Shown here piece by piece: positions 37,799 to 49,862 of a stretch of DNA of 64,000 nt; within the stretch, counting starts at the first letter, position 1; the number at the start of each line of letters is the position of its first letter. The position numbers and the translations under genes are program-made. Below the pieces are notes generated by a model. It was not told the DNA's origin. It searched no databases and saw only the letters and a list, made by a program, of their open reading frames with translations. This DNA is from Mycobacterium sp. GTDB taxonomy: Bacteria; Actinomycetota; Actinomycetes; Mycobacteriales; Mycobacteriaceae. The stretch lies in contig JAPLAO010000133.1 of assembly GCA_026393245.1 (NCBI GenBank), positions 642 to 64,641 on the forward strand. The letters run 5' to 3'.

Positions 37799-38507
37799 GG
37801 GCACACGGTACGCAGGTGCCGCACGTGCGGTGCGACTCTGGTGGGCGGCCGGGCTCGCCGCGGCGCTGGGCTACGGGGTCGTTCTGGCCGTTATCGCGGC
37901 GCGGCTGCCGGCCGGTGCCGAGCTCAACGGCCGGTTCTGGGGCCAGCCGCTGGCGAAAGCCGCGATGGCGATCCTGCTGGCGGTGGCGGCGTCGCGCCAC
38001 CCGATCACCCGGGAACGCCGCTGGCTGGTACCGGCGCTGCTGTTGTCGGCCCTGGGTGATTTCCTCCTCGCCATCCCGTGGTGGACGCCGGCGTTCGTCT
38101 GCGGACTCGGGGCGTTCCTGGTAGCGCATCTGTGTTACCTCGGGGCGTTACTTCCGTTGCGCGGTAATCCCAGCCGGACGCGGATGGTGACGGTGGCGAT
38201 TGTCATCGTCGCGTGCGTGAGCATGCTGGCCCGGTTCTGGCCGAAACTCGTGGCCGACGGACTCACCATTCCGGTGACGGTCTACATCACCGTGCTGGGT
38301 GCAATGGTGTGCTCGGCCCTGGTGGCCCGGCTGCCCACGGTGTTGACGGCGGTGGGCGCAGTGTTGTTCGCGGTATCCGACGGCATGATCGGCGTGGGAC
38401 AGTTCGTCCTCGGTTCGCCGGCGCTGGAATTACCGATCTGGTGGGTCTACGCGGCGTCGCAGGTGTTGATCACCGCGGGCTTCTTCTTCGGCCGGGCTCG
38501 CGACTGA
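37797..38507 (+). CDS. YhhN-family lysoplasmalogenase membrane protein
   Basis: [41 protein letters not shown]; start uncertain. Confidence 0.85.
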   Translation: MGTRYAGAARAVRLWWAAGLAAALGYGVVLAVIAARLPAGAELNGRFWGQPLAKAAMAILLAVAASRHPITRERRWLVPALLLSALGDFLLAIPWWTPAFVCGLGAFLVAHLCYLGALLPLRGNPSRTRMVTVAIVIVACVSMLARFWPKLVADGLTIPVTVYITVLGAMVCSALVARLPTVLTAVGAVLFAVSDGMIGVGQFVLGSPALELPIWWVYAASQVLITAGFFFGRARD

Positions 38508-38567
38508 AGTTTCTGTCAGAGCCCGTGGTTACCCTCGGCAAAACACCTAATTCGAGGGGGAAATACC

Positions 38568-39215
38568 ATGACCGACAACACCATCACACTGATCGCGGCC
38601 CTGCTGGACCGGTCCGGATCGATGCAGGAGATCGCCGGCGATATGCGCGGCGGGTTCGACTCCTACATTTCCAAGGAACACGCCCGGCCCGGTACCACGC
38701 TGGTGACCCTGGCGCAGTTCGATGACGAGTACGAGGTCGTCTATCAGAACCGGGATGCCGGCACCGTGCCGCCGCTGGCACTGGAGCCCCGCGGCTGTAC
38801 GGCGTTATTCGACTCGATTGGACGGTTCATCACCGAGGTCGGCAGCCGGCTTGCCGAGTTGCCCGAGGACCAGCGCCCGGGTGATGTCACCGTGCTGGTG
38901 ATGACCGACGGTTATGAGAACGCCAGCACCCAGTGGACGATCGAGGCCGTCCGTGCGCTGATCTCCCAACAGGAGACCGGCTATGCGTGGGACTTCGTCT
39001 TCCTCGGCGCCAATATGGACGCCGTCGACGTTGGTGCCAATCTTGGGTTCGCCCCGGGGAAGTCGCTGACCTGGGATGCCTCCGAGGACGGCGTCGAGGG
39101 CGCCTTCGCAGCGGTGTCGGGTTACTCCGCTCGCAAGCGGTCCCGGGGCGACATACCACTCGGCTCGATAGTCTTCGATGATTCCGAGCGCCGCAGGGCG
39201 AACAGGAAGCGGTAA
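38568..39215 (+). CDS. Stand-alone von Willebrand factor A (MIDAS) domain protein
   Basis: LDRSGSM (DxSxS), G.TALFDSIG, VMTDGYENAS, FVFLGAN; GAGGGG SD. Confidence 0.9.
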   Translation: MTDNTITLIAALLDRSGSMQEIAGDMRGGFDSYISKEHARPGTTLVTLAQFDDEYEVVYQNRDAGTVPPLALEPRGCTALFDSIGRFITEVGSRLAELPEDQRPGDVTVLVMTDGYENASTQWTIEAVRALISQQETGYAWDFVFLGANMDAVDVGANLGFAPGKSLTWDASEDGVEGAFAAVSGYSARKRSRGDIPLGSIVFDDSERRRANRKR

Positions 39216-39290
39216 CGCTGAGACGCGATAGCACCAGTGAACTGCTGACGGCGGGGGCCGGGCCAGTGAAGAAGGGAAGAGTCGATTGGA

Positions 39291-41294
39291 GTGAGCGCAT
39301 CCAGCCGGCACGCCGCCGAACACGAACCCATCGCCCGGGTTCTGCCCATGCTGTCGGTGCCGCACCTGGACCGTGAGTTCGACTATCTGGTGTCGGCGGA
39401 ACAATCTGATGACGCCCAACCAGGGGTGCGCGTGCGGGTGCGATTCCACGGTCGGCTCGTCGACGCGTTTGTGCTCGAACGCCGCTCCGAAACAGATCAC
39501 GCGGGCCAGTTGGGCTGGCTGGATCGGGTCATCTCGGCCGAGCCGGTTCTCACCGGCGAGGTGCGTCGACTGGTCGATGCAATCGCTGCCCGCTACGCCG
39601 GCACCCGGCCCGATGTGCTGCGGCTGGCCATCCCGCCGCGGCACGCATCCGCCGAAAAGACCCCGCGGGCGGTGCCGCTGCTGCCGGTGATCGAACCCGT
39701 CGACCCGGCCGGGTGGGATCGCTACATCGGCGGCGGGAAATTTCTGGAGGCGCTGCACGACGGGCGTGCAGCCCGCGCGGCGTGGCAGGCGCTGCCCGGG
39801 GAGTCCTGGTGCGACCGGCTTGCCGAGGCCGCCGCGACCGCGGTCAGTGGTGGGCACGGGGTACTGATCATTGTTCCCGACCAACGCGATATCGATGCCC
39901 TGACGCCCGCTGCCACCGTTCTGATCGACGAATCCGCGGTGGTGGCCCTGGCCGCCGGCCTGGGTCCGTCGGCCCGGTACCGCCGCTGGCTGTCGGTGTT
40001 GCGGGGGCAGGCCCGGTTGGTGATCGGTACCCGCAGTGCGGTGTTCGCTCCGGTGGACAAGCTCGGCCTGGTGATCGTGTGGGATGACGGTGACGACAGC
40101 CTGGCTGAACCCCGCGCGCCGTACCCGCACGCCCGCGAGGTCGGCATGCTCCGCGCACACCAGCTTCGGTGCGCGGCTCTAGTCGGTGGCTATTCCCGCA
40201 CCGCTGAAGCCCAGGCATTGGTCGCCAGTGGCTGGGCACACGATCTGGTGGCACCTCGGCCGGCGGTCCGGGCCGCGGCCCCACGGGTTGTGGCCCTCGA
40301 CGACAGCGGCTTTGCCGAGGAACGCGACCCCGCGGCCCGCAGCGCCCGGCTGCCGTCGGTGGCGCTGCGTACCGCCCGCGCCGCCCTGGATCGCGGCACT
40401 CCGGTGCTCGTGCAGGTGCCGCGGCGGGGATACGTGCCATCGCTGGCGTGCGACCGCTGCCGCGAGATCGCCCGGTGTCGGCACTGTGTAGGTCCGCTGT
40501 CATTGTCTGGCCGCGATGCGGACGGGGCGGTGTGCCGGTGGTGCGGACGTATCGACATCGGTGTGAAGTGTCGGCGCTGCGGGGCCGGTTCCGTGCGTGC
40601 GGTGGTCGTCGGTGCCCGCCGAACCGCCGAGGAACTGGGCCGGGCCTTCGCCGGCGTCCCGGTCATCACCTCGGCCGGCGACTCCATCCACGCCGAGATC
40701 GGTGCCGGACCGGCCCTGGTGGTAGCCACGCCGGGAGCTGAGCCGACCGCCCCGGACGGCTATGGCGCGGCGCTGCTACTGGACAGCTGGTCGCTGCTGG
40801 GACGTCAGGACCTGCGCGCCGCGGAGGACACGTTGCGCCGCTGGATGGCTGCGTCCGCGCAGGTGCATTCCGGCGCGGCGGGCGGTGTCGTCGTTGTGGT
40901 GGCCGAGTCGGCGATCCCGACCGTCCAGGCGTTGATCAAGTGGGATCCGGTCGGACACGCCGAAGCCGAATTAGCCGGCCGGGTCGCGGTCGGGCTGCCG
41001 CCGGCCGTGCATATCGCGGCGGTGGACGGAGCCTCCGATGCGGTAAACGCGTTGATCGCCCAGGCGGCGCTACCGGGCGACGCCGACCTGATGGGCCCGG
41101 TGGACCTACCGCCCGGGGTTCGCCGCCCGCCCGCCACCGCCGCCACCGACACTGTCATCCGAATGCTGATCCGGGTGCGACGCGACGAGGGGCTTGCGCT
41201 GGCGTCGTGGTTGCGTCAGGCCATCTCGGTCACCAGCGCGCGGCACGACCACGACGCGGTCCGGGTGCAGATCGACCCCCTGCATATCGGCTGA
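39291..41294 (+). CDS. priA: Primosomal protein N' (actinobacterial type)
   Basis: LDREFDYLV, VIGTRSAVFAP, CxxC/CxxC/CxxC/CxxC Zn module, VQIDP. Confidence 0.93.
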   Translation: MSASSRHAAEHEPIARVLPMLSVPHLDREFDYLVSAEQSDDAQPGVRVRVRFHGRLVDAFVLERRSETDHAGQLGWLDRVISAEPVLTGEVRRLVDAIAARYAGTRPDVLRLAIPPRHASAEKTPRAVPLLPVIEPVDPAGWDRYIGGGKFLEALHDGRAARAAWQALPGESWCDRLAEAAATAVSGGHGVLIIVPDQRDIDALTPAATVLIDESAVVALAAGLGPSARYRRWLSVLRGQARLVIGTRSAVFAPVDKLGLVIVWDDGDDSLAEPRAPYPHAREVGMLRAHQLRCAALVGGYSRTAEAQALVASGWAHDLVAPRPAVRAAAPRVVALDDSGFAEERDPAARSARLPSVALRTARAALDRGTPVLVQVPRRGYVPSLACDRCREIARCRHCVGPLSLSGRDADGAVCRWCGRIDIGVKCRRCGAGSVRAVVVGARRTAEELGRAFAGVPVITSAGDSIHAEIGAGPALVVATPGAEPTAPDGYGAALLLDSWSLLGRQDLRAAEDTLRRWMAASAQVHSGAAGGVVVVVAESAIPTVQALIKWDPVGHAEAELAGRVAVGLPPAVHIAAVDGASDAVNALIAQAALPGDADLMGPVDLPPGVRRPPATAATDTVIRMLIRVRRDEGLALASWLRQAISVTSARHDHDAVRVQIDPLHIG

Positions 41295-41337
41295 CCGCCA
41301 ACTACGCTGACTAAATACAGGTGACGGGGGAGGCGCG

Positions 41338-43143
41338 ATGAAGTCATTCGGTCGCGGCGTCGTCTGGCTGATCCCCGTGCTGCTCACCATCCTTGGACTG
41401 CTCTGGCCGGTGTTGTCCAGCCCCATCGCTGACAGCGGCGCGGTCTCCGATCCGGTGACGATTTCCAACCTGCGTGCCGAGTTCGCCGTGGATCGCGACG
41501 GGCTGCTGCAGGCGGACGAGACCATCACCACCGAATTTCCGGGCGGCCGACACGGGATCTTTCGGTTCTGGGATGTCGGTAATGCCAACAACTCTCACCT
41601 TCGGCAGGTTCCGGAGGTTGACGAGATTTTGCTCGACGGCGAACCGGTGCCATATCAACTACTGCGGCAAGAGAACGACCGGTTTCTGGTGGCTAAGATC
41701 GGCGACGCCGATTACTACCTCACCCCGGGAACGCACATCTTCCGGATCCGCTACCGCATCGCCGGCGTGCTGGATCCCGGTGACACCGGTGCCACAAAGG
41801 ATTTCGCATCCTCGACCGGAGACCCGGCAGCATCGTCGGTGTTCTTCTGGAACGTGATCGCACCGGGCTGGAACAACCAGATCTCTGCCGCCGATGTCTC
41901 GGTCACACTGCCCGGCCCGGTACCGGGGGCGCAGTGCTCGGTCGGGGCGGGCGTCGGTCGCGACTGCGAAAGCCTCACCATCTCGGGGAACACGGTGGCG
42001 CTGTCGGCGACCGACCTGTCACCGCGCACCCCGGTCACGCTTCGGGCCGGCGTTGACGTTGCGACCCCGGCGCGCGCCGAAGTTCCGTGGTCGATTCGCT
42101 GGGATCCGGTTCTGGGCCGTTCGGTTCCGGTCGTGCTGTGGCTGGCGGGTCTGACTGCCGCAGCCGGCCTCGGGGCCTTTCTGTGGTGGCGGACCACCGT
42201 CGAGTCGTCGCCGGGCTTTCCGCTTCAGTACGCCCCGCCGCCGGGCCTCGGGCCGGTGCAGTGCGAATACATCCGCACCGAGAAGGTTCCTGAGCAGGGT
42301 CTGACCGCGAGCCTGTTCTACCTCGCCGATCGGGGCTTGCTGGCGGTCAACCAGAGCGGCACGAAGTGGACCGTCCGCGCGACTGGCGACCCGGGCGGTT
42401 GGGCCGCGGTGGATCCCGTCAGCGCCGCGATCGGATCGGCACTCGGCGTGGATCTGCCTCGTGGGCAATTCGCAGCCAACGGGTCGGTGTCGGCCGGCCA
42501 GCGGCTGACAACGGCCAAGGCGACGATGACCGAAGCCGTCGCGCAGTGGGCGCTGGACGAGAGCTTGATAGTCAAGCGCCGCACGGAGTTATGGCCGCGC
42601 TTCGCCAGTATCGCCGCGGTGGGCTTGGCTGTGTGCGGCTTCATCCGTTGGGGATTCCCAATCACCCTGTGGGGCCTGCCATTTGCGGTGTTCTTTCTTG
42701 TTTCCCGGCCGGTATGGGGCAGCGGTGTCGGAACTCGCCGTACGGCAGCCGGCCGTCAACTGTGGTCTGAAGTGGGTGGCTTCCACCGCATGCTGGCGAC
42801 CGACTCCGCGGAGTCGCGATTTGATTTCGCTGCTCGGAAGGATCTTTACACCGCCTACATCCCGTTCGCGGTGGCCGGTGGGGCGGCGGCATTATGGGCG
42901 GCGAAGTACCAGGCTGCGACCGGAAATCTGGCGCCGCAGCCGGGTTGGTATCACTCGTCGGCGAACACCGGATGGAGTTCGTCGTCCTCGGGAGGTGCTA
43001 ACTTCGACAGCTTCGAGTCTGCACTGTCGTCGTCCATCGGTGCCTACACGGCCTCGCAGTCATCCTCGTCATCGAGCGGCGGCGGTGGCGGCGGTGGCGG
43101 TGGAGGTGGAGGCGGCGGTGGAGGAGGGGGCGGTTCATGGTGA
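41338..43143 (+). CDS. DUF2207-family membrane protein with Ser/Gly-rich tail
   Basis: Large extracytoplasmic domain (HGIFRFW, FFWNVIA.GW), TMs, YIPFAVA.G, terminal SSSSSSSGGG...GGGGSW. Confidence 0.85.
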   Translation: MKSFGRGVVWLIPVLLTILGLLWPVLSSPIADSGAVSDPVTISNLRAEFAVDRDGLLQADETITTEFPGGRHGIFRFWDVGNANNSHLRQVPEVDEILLDGEPVPYQLLRQENDRFLVAKIGDADYYLTPGTHIFRIRYRIAGVLDPGDTGATKDFASSTGDPAASSVFFWNVIAPGWNNQISAADVSVTLPGPVPGAQCSVGAGVGRDCESLTISGNTVALSATDLSPRTPVTLRAGVDVATPARAEVPWSIRWDPVLGRSVPVVLWLAGLTAAAGLGAFLWWRTTVESSPGFPLQYAPPPGLGPVQCEYIRTEKVPEQGLTASLFYLADRGLLAVNQSGTKWTVRATGDPGGWAAVDPVSAAIGSALGVDLPRGQFAANGSVSAGQRLTTAKATMTEAVAQWALDESLIVKRRTELWPRFASIAAVGLAVCGFIRWGFPITLWGLPFAVFFLVSRPVWGSGVGTRRTAAGRQLWSEVGGFHRMLATDSAESRFDFAARKDLYTAYIPFAVAGGAAALWAAKYQAATGNLAPQPGWYHSSANTGWSSSSSGGANFDSFESALSSSIGAYTASQSSSSSSGGGGGGGGGGGGGGGGGGGSW

Positions 43144-43673
43144 CATTCGTGCTGATTCTGGCGTTGGTGATTGCGGTGGCGGTGTTGATCGGATTCGTGG
43201 TGGGCTACAACAAACTCCGGGCCGCCGATGTCCAGGTCGACGAGGCACTCGGCGGAATCGACGTACAACTGACCCGGCGCGCTGCGCTGATCCCGAGCCT
43301 GGTCAGCACGGTGGGAAGCTTCGCGGCCCACGAGAAGGCTGTCCTGGGACACATCGCGGATGCGCAAACCGCTCTGACCGCCGCCACCTCAGGTAAGTCC
43401 GTGATGCAGCGCAGCACAGCGGAGCGGCAGTTCGACACCGCCGTCGGACAGGTGCTGGCACTGGGCCAGAGCTACCCACAGTTGAGTTCGTCGAACAACT
43501 TTCTGGATCTGCAGCGCAACCTCGCCGACACCGAGGACAAACTCGCCTTCGCCCGGCAGTACTACAACGACTCAGCGGCGACGGTGAACCGGTTGCGCAC
43601 CACCATCCCGTGGCTGCTCGTCGCCGGTACGGCGGGCGTTGCCGAGCGCGACTTCTATCAGGCGCCGCGATGA
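43137..43673 (+). CDS. lemA: LemA family protein
   Basis: N-terminal TM, YNKL, IDVQLTRRAALIP.LV, YPQL.SSNNFL.LQ..L.DTEDKL.FARQYYN. Confidence 0.92.
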   Translation: MVTFVLILALVIAVAVLIGFVVGYNKLRAADVQVDEALGGIDVQLTRRAALIPSLVSTVGSFAAHEKAVLGHIADAQTALTAATSGKSVMQRSTAERQFDTAVGQVLALGQSYPQLSSSNNFLDLQRNLADTEDKLAFARQYYNDSAATVNRLRTTIPWLLVAGTAGVAERDFYQAPR

Positions 43674-43712
43674 GCGCTTGCGCGAAGACAAAAGGGCCGA
43701 AGTAGCCGGATG
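43670..43712 (+). repeat. Single MIRU-like unit (micro-[14 protein letters not shown])
   Basis: atgagcgcttgcgcgaaga identical to the start of the second pyrR-pyrB unit; ATGA overlaps the lemA stop. Confidence 0.75.
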
Positions 43713-44639
43713 CGAGTCGTATTCGCGGGCACACCGACACCGGCACTACCGTCGCTGCAGCGACTGATCGACTCGGCGCACCATGACGTCGTCGCCGTCC
43801 TCACGCGCCCGGACGCCATGGCCGGCCGGCGGGGGAAACCGGCACCATCTCCGGTGGCGCAACTCGCCTTCGACGCCGGCATCCCGGTGCTGCGACCGGA
43901 TCGGCCGAATTCCCCAGAGTTCATCGCGGAATTAACCAGGATCGCGCCCGATTGCTGCGCGGTGGTCGCCTATGGCGCACTGCTGAGTGCCCAGATGCTC
44001 GCGGTGCCGCCGCACGGCTGGGTCAATCTGCACTTCTCGCTGCTGCCGGCTTGGCGTGGCGCCGCACCTGTGCAGGCTGCCATAGCTGCTGGTGACTCCG
44101 TAACCGGCGCAACAGCATTCAAGATCGAACCCGCACTGGACTCGGGTCCGGTGTATGGGATCGTGACCGAGACGATCCGCGCCCACGATACCGCGGGAGA
44201 GCTGTTGGACCGTCTGGCACTATCGGGTGGAGAGCTACTGGAGGCCACGCTGGACGGGATCGCCGACGGGTCCCTGACGCCGGTTCCGCAGGCTGCCGAT
44301 GGTGTGAGCATGGCGCCGAAGGTTTCGGTGGACGAGGCTCGAATCCGGTGGGATCTGCCCGCGCATGTCATCGATCGCCGTATTCGGGCGATGACGCCGA
44401 ATCCCGGTGCCTGGACGATGATCGGGGATATGCGTATCAAAGTCGGTCCGGTCAGCATCGAGGAATCCGGTGATGCTTCGGAATCCGGCGTCATCGTGGT
44501 GGAACGGTCGCGCGTACTAATCGGGACCGGATCGGTCCCGGTTCAACTCGGCCAGATCCAGCCGCCCGGAAAGAAGCCGATGGTGGCGGCGGACTGGGCG
44601 CGTGGGGCTCGTCTTGATGCTGGAGTGCGCGCATCGTGA
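43710..44639 (+). CDS. fmt: Methionyl-tRNA formyltransferase
   Basis: [34 protein letters not shown]. Confidence 0.97.
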   Translation: MRVVFAGTPTPALPSLQRLIDSAHHDVVAVLTRPDAMAGRRGKPAPSPVAQLAFDAGIPVLRPDRPNSPEFIAELTRIAPDCCAVVAYGALLSAQMLAVPPHGWVNLHFSLLPAWRGAAPVQAAIAAGDSVTGATAFKIEPALDSGPVYGIVTETIRAHDTAGELLDRLALSGGELLEATLDGIADGSLTPVPQAADGVSMAPKVSVDEARIRWDLPAHVIDRRIRAMTPNPGAWTMIGDMRIKVGPVSIEESGDASESGVIVVERSRVLIGTGSVPVQLGQIQPPGKKPMVAADWARGARLDAGVRAS

Positions 44640-46033
44640 GCCAGCAGCCCGGTGAACGCAGCGGCAGCAGCAGGCGGCCGCGACGAGTGCAGTTGGACCC
44701 GGCCCGGCGCGCCGCCTTCGATGTGTTGCGTGCGGTGTCCGAACGAGATTCCTACGCCAACCTGGCGCTGCCGGCCATCCTGACCGAACGCGGCATCACC
44801 GGACGGGACGCGGCGTTCGCGACCGAACTGACCTACGGCACCTGCCGCACCCGCGGCCTCCTGGACGCCGTCATCGCCTCGGCTGCGGGCCGGCCCATCG
44901 ACCAGATCGACACGGTACTGCTGGATCTGTTGCGTCTCGGTGCCTATCAGCTGCTGCGGACCCATGTCGCCGCGCACGCCGCGGTGTCCACGACGGTCGA
45001 GCAGGCCGGCGTCGAATTCGATTCGGTGCGAGCCGGTTTCGTCAACGGCGTGCTGCGGGCCATTTCCAAACGCGACGAGAAATCGTGGGTGGCCGAGCTT
45101 GCGCCACCGGCCGCCATGGACCCTATCGGCCATGCCGCGTTCGTCCACGCGCACCCGCGCTGGATCGCACAGTCGTTCGCCGATGCACTCGGTGCCGACG
45201 CCGCCGAACTGGATGCGGCCCTGGCAGCCGACGATGCCCGGCCGGCCGTACACCTTGCCGCTCGGCCCGGTGCCCTGAGCGCTGAGGAACTCGCGGAGGC
45301 TGTCGGCGGGGAGGTCGGACGCTACTCGCCCTATGCGGTGTATCTCGGAAGTGGTGACCCCGGTGGGCTTGCCGCGATCCGCGACAGCCGGGCCCTGGTT
45401 CAGGACGAGGGCAGCCAGTTGGTCGCTCGCGCGCTGACTCTTGCCCCGCTGACCGGTGCGGACGGCGGCCGCTGGCTGGATTTGTGTTCGGGTCCGGGCG
45501 GTAAGACAGCTCTGATCGCCGCGATCGCCGCACCGCGGGGTGCAAACGTCATCGCGATCGAACCCAACCCGCGTCGAGCCGAGATGGTTGAACAGAACAC
45601 CCGTGGACTGTTGGTCGACGTGCTGCGCGTCGACGGTCGCGATACGTCGCTGCCGACCGGCAGTTTCGACCGGGTCCTCGTCGATGCGCCCTGCACCGGC
45701 CTCGGGGCCCTGCGGCGGCGGCCGGAAGCGCGGTGGCGGCGTACTCCCGCTGACGTCCCTGAACTGGCCAAGCTGCAGCGTGAACTGCTGGCGTCGGCGA
45801 TCGACCTGACCCGGCCCGGCGGTGTGGTGCTCTACGCGACCTGTTCGCCGCACCTGGTCGAGACTGTGGGCGTGGTCGCCGACGCGCTGCGGCGCTATCC
45901 GGTGACCGCCCTGGACGCGCGCCCCCTATTCGAGTCGGTTGCAGACCTCGGCGCCGGGCCCTATGTGCAACTGTGGCCGCACCGGCACGGAACCGACGCA
46001 ATGTTCGCCGCGGCGCTTCGCAAGGATCCGTAA
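44636..46033 (+). CDS. rsmB: 16S rRNA m5C methyltransferase RsmB/Fmu
   Basis: NusB-like N-domain, [35 protein letters not shown]. Confidence 0.93.
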   Translation: MSQQPGERSGSSRRPRRVQLDPARRAAFDVLRAVSERDSYANLALPAILTERGITGRDAAFATELTYGTCRTRGLLDAVIASAAGRPIDQIDTVLLDLLRLGAYQLLRTHVAAHAAVSTTVEQAGVEFDSVRAGFVNGVLRAISKRDEKSWVAELAPPAAMDPIGHAAFVHAHPRWIAQSFADALGADAAELDAALAADDARPAVHLAARPGALSAEELAEAVGGEVGRYSPYAVYLGSGDPGGLAAIRDSRALVQDEGSQLVARALTLAPLTGADGGRWLDLCSGPGGKTALIAAIAAPRGANVIAIEPNPRRAEMVEQNTRGLLVDVLRVDGRDTSLPTGSFDRVLVDAPCTGLGALRRRPEARWRRTPADVPELAKLQRELLASAIDLTRPGGVVLYATCSPHLVETVGVVADALRRYPVTALDARPLFESVADLGAGPYVQLWPHRHGTDAMFAAALRKDP

Positions 46034-46050
46034 GCCTTACAGTGGCAGCC

Positions 46051-46737
46051 ATGACACCACCGACCCGGCCGATGATCGCACCGTCGATTCTGTCCGCAGA
46101 CTTCGCCTGGCTCGCCCGCGAGGCTGCGGCGGTCGAGGGTTCGGACTGGCTGCACGTCGACGTGATGGACGCGCACTTCGTTCCGAATTTGACCCTCGGA
46201 CTGCCGGTGGTCGAAAGCCTGCTCGGGGCGACCGACATTCCGATGGACTGCCACCTGATGATCACCGACCCGGGGCGCTGGGCACCGGGCTACGCCGAAG
46301 CCGGTGCCTATAACGTGACATTCCACGCCGAGGCCACCGACGATCCCGTCGCAGTGGCCCGTGATATCCGCGCTGCCGGTGCCAAAGCGGGGTTGTCGGT
46401 TAAGCCGGGTACCCCGATCGAGCCCTACCTGGAGATCCTGCGCGATTTCGACACATTGCTGATCATGAGTGTCGAACCGGGTTTCGGCGGCCAGAGTTTC
46501 ATGCCCGAGGTGCTGACCAAGGTTGCGGCCGTGCGCCGATTGGTCGACTCCGGTGAGCTGACGATCCTGATTGAGATCGACGGCGGAATCAACGCCGACA
46601 CCATCGAGGCGGCCGCCGCGGCCGGTGTGGACTGCTTCGTGGCGGGCTCGGCGGTCTACGGTGCCGCCGACCCAGGCGCCGCCGTTGAGGCCCTGCGCCG
46701 TCAGGCTGGTCACGCTTCGCCCCATCTGCACGTATGA
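46051..46737 (+). CDS. rpe: Ribulose-phosphate 3-epimerase
   Basis: [37 protein letters not shown]. Confidence 0.98.
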   Translation: MTPPTRPMIAPSILSADFAWLAREAAAVEGSDWLHVDVMDAHFVPNLTLGLPVVESLLGATDIPMDCHLMITDPGRWAPGYAEAGAYNVTFHAEATDDPVAVARDIRAAGAKAGLSVKPGTPIEPYLEILRDFDTLLIMSVEPGFGGQSFMPEVLTKVAAVRRLVDSGELTILIEIDGGINADTIEAAAAAGVDCFVAGSAVYGAADPGAAVEALRRQAGHASPHLHV

Positions 46738-47750
46738 CTGCGCCCGCGCACATCACTGCCGCGATGCGCCTGGCGATCGAACAGGCGCAGCGCGTGAAGG
46801 GGTCCACCTACCCGAATCCGCCGGTGGGCGCGGTGATCGTGAGCGCAGACGGTGACGTCGCCGGCGTGGGCGCCACAGCGCCGCCGGGCGGACCGCACGC
46901 CGAGGTGGTCGCCCTGCGGGCCGCAGGGCAGCGTGCGGTCGGTGGCACAGCGGTGGTGACGTTGGAACCGTGCAACCATCACGGTCGGACACCGCCGTGT
47001 GTCGACGCGCTCCTGGAAGCGAATATCGCAAGCGTCGTCTACGCAGTCGCCGATCCGAATCCGATCGCCGCCGGTGCTGCTACTCGGTTGTGCGCCGCCG
47101 GTGTCGAGGTAACCGCCGGGGTGTGCGCCGAGGAGGTGGCGGCCGGATCCCTTCGGGAGTGGTTGCACAAACAACGTACCGGCCTGCCGCACGTGACGTG
47201 GAAATTCGCCGCCAGTATCGATGGCCGAAGTGCGGCAGCGGACGGGTCGTCGCAGTGGATCACCGGGGATGCGGCACGTGCCGATGTACATCGTCGCCGG
47301 GCCGCCGCGGATGCCATCATCATCGGGACCGGAACCGTCTTCGCTGACAATCCCAGCCTGACGGCCCGCCTACCGGACGGCGGCCTCGCTGATCGCCAAC
47401 CGTTGCGGGTGGTGGTGGGCAAGAGGGAGATTCCGCCGGAATCTAATGTGACACTGGGGGATTCGCCCACTATGGTGTTGCATTCCCATGATCCGCACGA
47501 GGTGATTCGGGCCCTGTCTGCTCGCACCGACGTGATCGTGGAAGGTGGCCCTACCATTGCGGGCGCGTTCCTCCGGGCCGGTGTCATCGACCGAATCCTG
47601 GCCTACGTCGCGCCGGTTCTGCTGGGCGGACCCTTCAGCGCGGTGGACGATGTTGGAGTTGCCGGCATTGCGAGTGCGCTGCGATGGCGTTACGACGGTG
47701 TGGAACAGATCGGGCCGGACCTGTTGATCAGCCTCGTGCCGCCGAATTGA
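46734..47750 (+). CDS. ribD: Bifunctional riboflavin deaminase/reductase
   Basis: [37 protein letters not shown]. Confidence 0.96.
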   Translation: MTAPAHITAAMRLAIEQAQRVKGSTYPNPPVGAVIVSADGDVAGVGATAPPGGPHAEVVALRAAGQRAVGGTAVVTLEPCNHHGRTPPCVDALLEANIASVVYAVADPNPIAAGAATRLCAAGVEVTAGVCAEEVAAGSLREWLHKQRTGLPHVTWKFAASIDGRSAAADGSSQWITGDAARADVHRRRAAADAIIIGTGTVFADNPSLTARLPDGGLADRQPLRVVVGKREIPPESNVTLGDSPTMVLHSHDPHEVIRALSARTDVIVEGGPTIAGAFLRAGVIDRILAYVAPVLLGGPFSAVDDVGVAGIASALRWRYDGVEQIGPDLLISLVPPN

Positions 47751-47761
47751 TAGATCCGGGT

Positions 47762-48757
<996 letters not shown>

Positions 48758-48761
48758 CGGT

Positions 48762-49799
48762 TCAGGGTCCTCCGAATGCTCGTGCGGGGTCGACCGTCAC
48801 CGCGCGGCGCAACCCTGCGACGCTGGCCAGCACGCCGATGGTCACCGCGACGACGGGCAGCAGCAGAAACGCGATCCTCGGGATGTCCACCCGCATCGGG
48901 AACAGTGGTCCCAGCAGTACCGACAGCACGCCGCCCAGCAGTGCCGCCAGGACCGCGACGATGACGGCCTGCATGGCAAGTCCGGCCAGGATGGAACGGG
49001 TCGGAACCCCGACCGCTTTGAAGACCGCGAAATCCCTGGTGCGTTCCATCGCCGACATGTAGATCATCGACCCCACGATCGAGGCTGCAACCAACCAGAG
49101 CAGTCCGGCCATCAGTGTCATCGCCTGCCGCGCGCCACTGAGAGCCCGCAGGAGGTCGTCGACTGCTCCGGCACGGTTGATGATGCGAAATCCGTCCGGC
49201 GCTGCCGAAGGCGCGCCCTGCAACCCGACCGAGGTGATGAGCGACTGGCCGGAGAACAATAGTTTCTGTGCGCCGGGAATGGTGAGGAAGACGTTGGGCT
49301 GGCCGGCCAGCGCAGTTGAGTCCTCCGCGAGTCCGACGATTCGCAATGGAAGAGAACCGATTTCGACGGTATCGCCGATCGCCCTGCCCATCGTTGTCGA
49401 TACCGCGACCTCATCCGGAGCCGACGGCGGACGTCCGTCGACCATCGCCGGGATACCGGGTCCGCGCTCTGGCGCACCGAATACGTTGACGCTGCGTGCC
49501 GAATCCCCGTCGGGCATCGTCGCGCTTCCGTAGACCAGTGGCACCGATGTGCTCACGCCGGGCAGTTGCATCTTGGTGGGGGGGAAGGCCGATGAGCCCA
49601 GGAATGGCCCGGTCGCGCCGGACTTGACCAGGAATGCGTCCAACTGCAGGGAATCGACGGTCCGGTTGGCCTCTACCCGGAAGCCGTTGGCCAGGCCGGT
49701 GAGAACCAATGTCATCGCGAAGACCAGGCCGGTGCCGACAATGGCAATCGCGAAACGCCGCTTGCGCCATTGCAAATCGCGCAGTGCAGCGATCAACAT
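48762..49799 (-). CDS. FtsX/MacB-type ABC permease (Rv0072/Rv2563-like)
   Basis: ALRDLQWRKRRF, ERTRDFAVFKAVG, RRAVTVDPARAFGG. Confidence 0.9.
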   Translation of the reverse strand: MLIAALRDLQWRKRRFAIAIVGTGLVFAMTLVLTGLANGFRVEANRTVDSLQLDAFLVKSGATGPFLGSSAFPPTKMQLPGVSTSVPLVYGSATMPDGDSARSVNVFGAPERGPGIPAMVDGRPPSAPDEVAVSTTMGRAIGDTVEIGSLPLRIVGLAEDSTALAGQPNVFLTIPGAQKLLFSGQSLITSVGLQGAPSAAPDGFRIINRAGAVDDLLRALSGARQAMTLMAGLLWLVAASIVGSMIYMSAMERTRDFAVFKAVGVPTRSILAGLAMQAVIVAVLAALLGGVLSVLLGPLFPMRVDIPRIAFLLLPVVAVTIGVLASVAGLRRAVTVDPARAFGGP

Positions 49800-49862
49800 G
49801 TCGTCACCCGCATGCGGGCGACGTTACCCACCGCGGGGTGATCGGGTGGTGGCTCACCGTGA

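Noticed and set aside
39700-39900. PriA lacks a canonical Walker A (WQALPGESW where GxxGxGKT is expected)
   Set aside because: To my recollection this degeneration is general for actinobacterial PriA, so it is not locus-specific
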